From a virus (lineage: Duplodnaviria > Caudoviricetes): a stretch of 28,388 bases of DNA. The DNA lies in the IMG/VR virus record IMGVR_UViG_3300009481_000070, positions 1-28,388 of that record; one strand, 5' to 3'. The notes under the pieces are model-generated. The model was not told the origin of the DNA and made no database searches. It saw only the letters and a program-made list of their open reading frames with translations. The position numbers and the translations under genes were made by a program. This document shows, in pieces, positions 25,693 to 28,388 of this stretch. The first letter of the stretch is position 1. Each line of letters begins with the position of its first letter.

Positions 25693-27578
25693 TATCTCCT
25701 GCCATCCGGTCTGGTGTTTAATCGCATATCTCCAAGTCTCCACCCCACACCAAGCCTTGCTTCAGTGCTTGCGTCGTCATCAGACTCTAGTCTAACCACT
25801 GCTTGTCGTGCTCGACCTCTTAAATCTACTTTTTCTGTGCTTTCGGTTACTTGGCTTGTGCTTTTAGTTGTTAAGCTTTCGTTTGGATAATTTCTAGTTT
25901 TTAACACAAAATTAACGACTTGACCTGAACCGCCACTACCTAAAAAACGCACGTCTGGAATTGCGTTTTGTACTTGTGTGTACGCGTTTCCTATGCCGTC
26001 CAATGAAAAATCAGCCGATTCAATGTAAACGTTGTCCATAGGCGTTCCGTCTGCGTCGTTTCCAGTCTCGTGTCTGTAGACATAGTTATATGTATCGGTG
26101 CCCGTGGCCCTTGGATAAGGTTGCACGCCTTCGTCCAACCAAGCAAAGCGTGTCATTTGTCCATAATACCAAACGTTTTCTTGGTAATTAAAAACAACAT
26201 ACCTGTCTATTTCTGAAGAACTTCCAGAAGGGTAGAACCAACCGACTTCGTTAAACTGTCGGTTTAAATAACCAAACACTTTAAACGATTGACTTTGATT
26301 AAAATCATTAAACACATAGTTGTGCACGGAACAAGGCACTCTTGAAACAGAACCGTTGTAGTTATAAAAACCGGAACGATCCATCCAATATACCCCTGCT
26401 GGCGTATTAACAGCAGCTTTAGGAGCAACCATACCTACCCCTGAATTAATTAGGTTTACACCAAAAGTATAGGGAGGACCAATAAACTGCATACTATACA
26501 ACGCATCATCTGTCCAAATTAATATTTCTTGCCGAGAACGAAGTGCGCCAATAATTTGTGTGCCGGCAGACAAACGTAAAGATCCCGCCGTGTTTGTTAA
26601 AGTAGGTTTCCAATCATTAATGTTTTCTTGGTCAGACCAAGCGATAAACATAGGATCAATGGCACCTGTTCTGGCTGTGCCCGCATCATTTAAAGGGTCA
26701 GCACCCAAACAAATAACGTGCCTGTCAACGTCGCTAACAAGCACTTGCAAAGCAAGGGTTGGAGGAAGAGTTGCACCTAACTCTGTTAAACTTTGAGCAC
26801 GCGCACTTGTTCCGTTGTCCTCGGTCCAATAAAAAATACCCCCTGCTCTTGGGTTTATAACCAAGTCTTCGCCAAAAGTATCGTGCGTCCATATTCTTAA
26901 TTGGTTGTTAAACGCAAGTGTAGAAGCAGAACCAAAAGTAGAATCACCCCATGTACTCGCTCCCCAACCTGAACCAGAAACATAATCATCTAGTCCTACA
27001 CTGATTTGATATTTGGCAACTGTAGAAGTGCCACCGCCTCCAGAAACAGTTGCATTAGCTGTTACTTCATTTCCACTGGTGTCTTTAGCAACTATAGTAT
27101 AAACATTGGCGTTAGTAATAGATGCAATTTGGTATTCTTGGTTAAGAACAGTGTTTGTAATATTACTAGTGCCTAAAGTAGCGGTATCAGTAAAAGTAAC
27201 AAAGTCATTTTGCGCAGCTCCGTGCGAAGAATCAGTTACTGTAATAGTGGAACTTCCACTTTCACTGGTAAAAGTTGCCGTACCCGTGTTTGTGTCTCTT
27301 ATAGGTGTTATATCGTAGAAATTAGTTCCGTCTTTGACATAATATTTTAGCGTGGTTCCAAGACTTAAATATTTTGTACCGCCCAAAGAAACCCATGCGT
27401 GCAAAGCTCGTCCTGTTCCTAAATACGTATCTGTTTGTTCTTTTTCCCAACCCCCTATTTTTTCAGGGAAGTTTTTACGAAAGCGTACCAAGTTAGAATC
27501 AAACCAGCCGCCTTGAGCAGAAAACGCGGTTCCTTCTCTATTTACTCCTGGGACAAGTTTGTATGTAGCGTACGGCAT
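25692..27578 (-). CDS. putative tail nozzle / packaged-DNA stabilisation protein (P22 gp10-like), with a Thr-rich inserted domain, 628 aa
   Basis: PGVNRE...GGWFD...VRFR...PEKIGGW start, IAWSDQE...W...NTAG, ILIWTD, and RPDGRR end; beta-propeller-like pattern. Confidence 0.7.
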   Translation of the reverse strand: MPYATYKLVPGVNREGTAFSAQGGWFDSNLVRFRKNFPEKIGGWEKEQTDTYLGTGRALHAWVSLGGTKYLSLGTTLKYYVKDGTNFYDITPIRDTNTGTATFTSESGSSTITVTDSSHGAAQNDFVTFTDTATLGTSNITNTVLNQEYQIASITNANVYTIVAKDTSGNEVTANATVSGGGGTSTVAKYQISVGLDDYVSGSGWGASTWGDSTFGSASTLAFNNQLRIWTHDTFGEDLVINPRAGGIFYWTEDNGTSARAQSLTELGATLPPTLALQVLVSDVDRHVICLGADPLNDAGTARTGAIDPMFIAWSDQENINDWKPTLTNTAGSLRLSAGTQIIGALRSRQEILIWTDDALYSMQFIGPPYTFGVNLINSGVGMVAPKAAVNTPAGVYWMDRSGFYNYNGSVSRVPCSVHNYVFNDFNQSQSFKVFGYLNRQFNEVGWFYPSGSSSEIDRYVVFNYQENVWYYGQMTRFAWLDEGVQPYPRATGTDTYNYVYRHETGNDADGTPMDNVYIESADFSLDGIGNAYTQVQNAIPDVRFLGSGGSGQVVNFVLKTRNYPNESLTTKSTSQVTESTEKVDLRGRARQAVVRLESDDDASTEARLGVGWRLGDMRLNTRPDGRR

Positions 27579-27594
27579 TTTTATATATTATCCT

Positions 27595-28035
27595 TTATTT
27601 CTTAACTAGACTACCACCAAAATACATACCAATAATGGCGGAAACTAGGTTTGTATCTAATTGCGTTATAACCAGTCCTTGAAACGTAATCCATTCAAAA
27701 ACTTCTCTTCCTTCTTTAAAAAACCAAAACCCTGGATTCCAATTCGTGTATCCAACCGTTACATCGACGTTTGGAGCAAACACGGCTACAAGCTTTGGCA
27801 ACAGCACGATTGCAAAAATAGAAGTCAAAGCAATAATCCTTCGTGTCCATGCAAAGCCTTTGTCCTTTAGTCCGTGGTCCAAGGATTGTTTACGAGCTTT
27901 CATTTCAAACTCACCCCTTGTTATAAGAAGCTTTTGCTCTTCGGCTTTTGCTTTACGACTTTGTGCCCATATACTTAGTAAACTACTCAACAGAGTAGAT
28001 CCCAACATGGTGATTATCTCAAACGGAAAGCCCAC
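27595..28035 (-). CDS. membrane protein, putative holin-like, 146 aa
   Basis: GTG start 1 nt after the upstream stop; hydrophobic segments (ITMLGSTLLSSLLSIWA, WTRRIIAL...VAVF, SAIIGMYFG). Holin role is inference. Confidence 0.6.
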   Translation of the reverse strand: MGFPFEIITMLGSTLLSSLLSIWAQSRKAKAEEQKLLITRGEFEMKARKQSLDHGLKDKGFAWTRRIIALTSIFAIVLLPKLVAVFAPNVDVTVGYTNWNPGFWFFKEGREVFEWITFQGLVITQLDTNLVSAIIGMYFGGSLVKK

Positions 28036-28036
28036 T

Positions 28037-28369
28037 TCATACTTTAGGTTTAGAGCTATTTGTATACAAGCCGAACCAGGCTGCCCCAGCACCCACAACA
28101 ATTGAAATTAAGCCTGATTGTTCAAAACTAGGGTCTGGTAAATCCATGAACCAAAAGGTTGTGAAATACAATAGATACATATACACCGCCAAAAAAGCTC
28201 TAGGTATAATTCTCCAAGAATCTATTGCTTGTGCTACGAAAATAAACTTTTGATAAGGATTATCATTCTTTACATCTTCAAGTTCTCTGATTCGATCTTT
28301 AAGTGAAGCGTTCTCTTGAAGCATCTCCATGAACTTGGATAAGTCCATTTCAACTTCGTTTCGAGACAT
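28037..28369 (-). CDS. membrane protein with N-terminal coiled coil and 2 TM segments (true start may lie beyond the window)
   Basis: DSWRIIPR...WFMDL.DP...QSGLISIVVGAGAAWFGLY. The frame stays open to the window edge (SRFGGD-M). Confidence 0.7.
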   Translation of the reverse strand: MSRNEVEMDLSKFMEMLQENASLKDRIRELEDVKNDNPYQKFIFVAQAIDSWRIIPRAFLAVYMYLLYFTTFWFMDLPDPSFEQSGLISIVVGAGAAWFGLYTNSSKPKV

Positions 28370-28388
28370 ATCGCCTCCAAACCTGCTA

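Noticed and set aside
497-27880. Strand bias of the bare GGWCC pentamer
   Set aside because: A hand count gave only modestly more GGTCC than GGACC; only the longer CCNTGGTCC form stands out.
2144-28101. Longer N-terminal versions in the ORF track (starts 2512, 2648, 3514, 4035, 8239, 25471, 25743, 28101)
   Set aside because: They overlap upstream genes or RNA structures; downstream starts have an SD or stop-start coupling and begin at the recognisable family N-terminus.
14160-28388. Many + strand ORFs of 60-180 aa opposite the virion genes, and - strand ORFs opposite the replication genes
   Set aside because: Antisense shadow frames with Ser/Phe/Leu-rich composition and mostly non-ATG starts, lying within or almost entirely within well-supported genes.

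Overview
This 28.4 kb window is a fragment of a tailed dsDNA bacteriophage genome, AT-rich (roughly 40% GC by eye) and podovirus-like. Its organisation recalls uncultured marine phages of the pelagiphage HTVC023P type; that relationship is recalled, not searched. The left part (1-6.2 kb) holds small accessory genes, terS, a ~600 bp non-coding control region with nine copies of an 8-bp repeat, a DUF3310 gene, a pyrimidine-dimer glycosylase-like gene, two ribbon-helix-helix (RHH) genes, two structured intergenic RNAs and an SNF2 helicase. The middle (6.3-14.2 kb, + strand) is a replication operon: putative SSB, AEP primase, UvrD-like helicase, family A DNA polymerase (Leu762 type), a small RHH gene and a PD-(D/E)XK exonuclease. 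The right part (14.2-28.4 kb, - strand) is the distal end of the virion operon: two membrane/holin-like genes, a tail nozzle-like gene and a run of putative internal/ejection proteins, several carrying a recurring 'GG' motif. No integrase, tRNA, rRNA or CRISPR array was seen. Three small complete ORFs and one 5'-partial ORF missing from the ORF track were found by hand. The strongest signals are the GG-motif-delimited virion proteins, a dispersed 9-bp DNA motif CCNTGGTCC (14 copies, in different reading frames), and a multi-helix RNA at 4.1-4.26 kb.
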